NCBI GenBank assembly: GCA_965223295.1
Contig: CBDCWC010000002.1
Span: 864,001 to 928,000 of the forward strand
Length of the DNA: 64,000 nt
Reading direction: 5' to 3'
Source: Nitrospirales bacterium
GTDB taxonomy: Bacteria; Nitrospirota; Nitrospiria; Nitrospirales; UBA8639
Part shown: positions 61,764 to 64,000 of the stretch, one piece after another
Position numbering within the stretch: position 1 is the stretch's first letter
How the letters are laid out: every line of letters begins with the position of its first letter
The notes under the pieces: generated by a model
The model's database searches: none
Told to the model about the DNA's origin: nothing
What the model saw: only the letters and a program-made list of their open reading frames with translations
Translations under genes and position numbers: made by a program

Positions 61764-61945
61764 GGGCACCTCTAAAAACTGATGTTTTTTTCTTAGGGCA
61801 AGGAAGCGGCGCGCGGAGCGTACTGGTCCTACGTGAGCACGGAACAATGGCAACCTTCTTGCGCGGTGAAGCGCTAATGCGCGTAAACGCGAAGCCGTTC
61901 TGGCAAAGACAAGGAACGCCGCTAGCGGCCTTTTTCAACAGACCC
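61764..61945 (+). repeat. Chimeric MITE (family A left end plus family B right end)
   Basis: GGGCACCTCTAAAAACTGA...GCGCGCGGA, then GCGTACTGG...TTTTTCAACAGACCC. Confidence 0.8.
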
Positions 61946-62028
61946 AGAATAGCGATATCCTAATGGACCGAAAGCCTCTATAATCATCTTGCTGTCTATA
62001 GATAAGAGCGAAATTGACTGGGGTGTGA

Positions 62029-62343
62029 ATGATGAAAAAACTATACATTTCACAAAGCCTTGTTGATGTGGAATCTCGAAAAGAACTCCTCGATCAAGCT
62101 GAGATCCCCTGCCTGATTAAAAATCAACGATCTGCGATGTTAGGCGGAGAAATTCCCTTCGTGGAAGTATTCCCAGAGCTTTGGGTGCTTCAAGATGAAG
62201 ATTTTGAACGGGCTGAAACATTACTAAAGGATTGGGAAAAAGCCCAGCCCCTGGAAACCACATCGTGGACCTGTGCAAGTTGTGGTGAAATCCATCAAAA
62301 GGAATTCACCACCTGCTGGAAATGCAACCAAGAAAGAACGTAA
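62029..62343 (+). CDS. DUF2007-type protein with a C-terminal RanBP2-like zinc finger
   Basis: GGEIPFVEVFPELWV; WTCASCGE...FTTCWKC. Confidence 0.8.
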   Translation: MMKKLYISQSLVDVESRKELLDQAEIPCLIKNQRSAMLGGEIPFVEVFPELWVLQDEDFERAETLLKDWEKAQPLETTSWTCASCGEIHQKEFTTCWKCNQERT

Positions 62344-62479
62344 AGGACCACAGGGAAGATCGTGCAACGGATGCCGTACTTATTAACTGCAATAGCCGGT
62401 ATCAGCTGCTTACATGAGTTGCCGGCTCCAACCGACCCAAGATTGATCTTAGCTAAGCATTTATTCGATCTCAAAGAAG

Positions 62480-63223
62480 ATGAATGTAAAAACAAAGCTC
62501 AGTGTCAATTTGAATAAGGTTGCATTGCTTCGCAATCAGCGTGATCTCCCCTATCCGAGTGTCACTCAGTTTGCTCGAATTGTCATTGCTGCTGGTGCTA
62601 ATGGAATAACGGTCCACCCACAACCTGATGAACGACACATTCGACCCTCCGACGTTCGAGATTTGAGTTGTCTGCTCAAATGGGAATACAACAATAGGAT
62701 CGAATTCAATATCGAAGGATATCCCACGAAGACATTCCTAGAACTAGTACGAGAGGTAAGACCTACCCAAGTTACTCTCGTTCCTGATGCGCCAGATCAA
62801 CGAACGTCCGACCATGGTTGGGATATTTCAACGACCCGAGAACTCTTGCAAGCAAGTGTTGCCCAAATACATGAGATGGGTGCACGAGTCAGTTTGTTCA
62901 TCGACGCCGGATCGGACGAGATGTTGGAAGTGCGCAATCTAAAAGCAGAGCGAATTGAGCTGTACACGGAGCCCTATGCCAGAGCCTATTTGACCGGAGA
63001 TTTCGAAGATCAACTTGCTCGCTATGTCGCGACAGCTCAGGCGGCTATCGAGCTCGATATCGGCATAAACGCTGGGCACGATTTGACTTTGGACAATCTC
63101 CCAGCATTTAAGCAACGCATTCCAGCGCTTGCAGAAGTAAGTATAGGCCATGCAATTACAGCCGACGCTTTAGAGCTTGGTTTCTCAGCCGCTGTGAAAG
63201 CGTATAAGACAGCCTTGGCATAG
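62480..63223 (+). CDS. pdxJ: Pyridoxine 5'-phosphate synthase
   Basis: SVNLNKVALLRN, GITVHPQPDERHI, NIEG, TSDHGW, IELYT, NAGHDL, EVSIGHA. Confidence 0.93.
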   Translation: MNVKTKLSVNLNKVALLRNQRDLPYPSVTQFARIVIAAGANGITVHPQPDERHIRPSDVRDLSCLLKWEYNNRIEFNIEGYPTKTFLELVREVRPTQVTLVPDAPDQRTSDHGWDISTTRELLQASVAQIHEMGARVSLFIDAGSDEMLEVRNLKAERIELYTEPYARAYLTGDFEDQLARYVATAQAAIELDIGINAGHDLTLDNLPAFKQRIPALAEVSIGHAITADALELGFSAAVKAYKTALA

Positions 63224-63546
63224 CAACATGTGAGAATCGCTTCTGGCCGTTTGGAATCGTCAGTATGCCTCTTATACGGAGATCTGACCGCCGATCAACG
63301 CGAAGCCCTTGAGTTAGCGAAACGCTTAGAGTTGTGAAGAAGGAATCTAAAGATCGTTGTGAGCACCCTAATGGTGGGCAGTCATCAGAGATTCCTTCCC
63401 CTTGTATTAATGTCGTTCCAGCAAAGATATTTTTCTCTAGCAAGGCAGGCCCTCACCTGTAGCCCAAGGCCTTACCCTGTGGCAATAACTTAGCGTGAGA
63501 GGGCCTTCAACTATCCATTTCTCATTTGCCTGAGGAGGGACCTACT

Positions 63547-63966
63547 ATGGAAGAACCTGCTCCACACTTATTGTTTCACGGGGTCGTCGTCTTACTGGTC
63601 GGCCTGTTGACAGGAATACCCTATGGCAAAGCCATTCTGAAGGGCGAAAATGAACGCCTCATTGAAGCCTGGCGCGTTGCCCATGTCTCATTACCAATGG
63701 GAGCGATTCTCATGCTGGTGATCGCTGTTTTGTTTTCCAGCTTGAATGTCTCCATGAATCTCCAATGGATTATCGCCATCTTGTTTATTCTTTCTAGTTA
63801 CGCATTTGTCGGAGCGTTAAACGTTGGACCTCTCTTGGGGTATAGGGGGATCTCGTCGAAAGGGCCTTTCGCCGCAAAGCTTGTCTTTTCTGGGAATATA
63901 CTAGGGTCTATCACCTCACTCTTAGGTACGGTGGTTTTGCTCTATGCTGCTTGGGTTAATTTATGA
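63547..63966 (+). CDS. Four-TM membrane protein, StyC (styrene oxide isomerase)-like
   Basis: GAGGAGG RBS; LFHG...GLL.G.P, AWRVAH motif in a TM bundle. Confidence 0.6.
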   Translation: MEEPAPHLLFHGVVVLLVGLLTGIPYGKAILKGENERLIEAWRVAHVSLPMGAILMLVIAVLFSSLNVSMNLQWIIAILFILSSYAFVGALNVGPLLGYRGISSKGPFAAKLVFSGNILGSITSLLGTVVLLYAAWVNL

Positions 63967-64000
63967 ACTATTCCAGCCAGAATGTGAAGGACTGCCGTTG

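Noticed and set aside
59782-61938. Short ORFs overlapping MITEs (59782-59976, 59859-60230, 61681-61938)
   Set aside because: They are translations of repeat DNA or antisense to real genes.

Overview
A bacterial chromosome window of moderate GC. The gene set and intergenic repeat family suggest a Nitrospira-like organism, which is an inference. (1) 1-13296 is the right end of an integrated element that terminates at a 3' fragment of tRNA-Ser(TGA). It carries an intact IS3-family element, a membrane patatin-like phospholipase, a SLOG/MoCo-carrier protein, several lipoproteins and an SRAP remnant. (2) 13678-28720 is a complete pelABCDEFG exopolysaccharide operon. Its pelB is expanded to 2170 aa by 3.25 apparently identical, GC-rich 870-bp tandem repeats that are diverged copies of PelB's own N-terminal TPR region. 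(3) 29-45 kb holds a methyltransferase, a MITE-disrupted truncated-hemoglobin pseudogene absent from the ORF track, and NFACT/RqcH. It also holds a surface protein translationally coupled to a membrane PAS-GGDEF cyclase, mutY-mutT, a PhcB-like methyltransferase, a CckA-like hybrid kinase and a 7TM-GAF pseudo-histidine kinase. (4) 45-64 kb is mostly housekeeping: a HAD hydrolase, an unannotated 36-aa basic ORF, valS-nadC-birA-coaX, grpE-dnaK-dnaJ-rsmE, a YCF48-like and IPT/TIG pair, a Vgb-like protein, sixA, pdxJ and a StyC-like gene, with several modular MITEs between genes. All calls come from motif recognition by eye; no searches were run.
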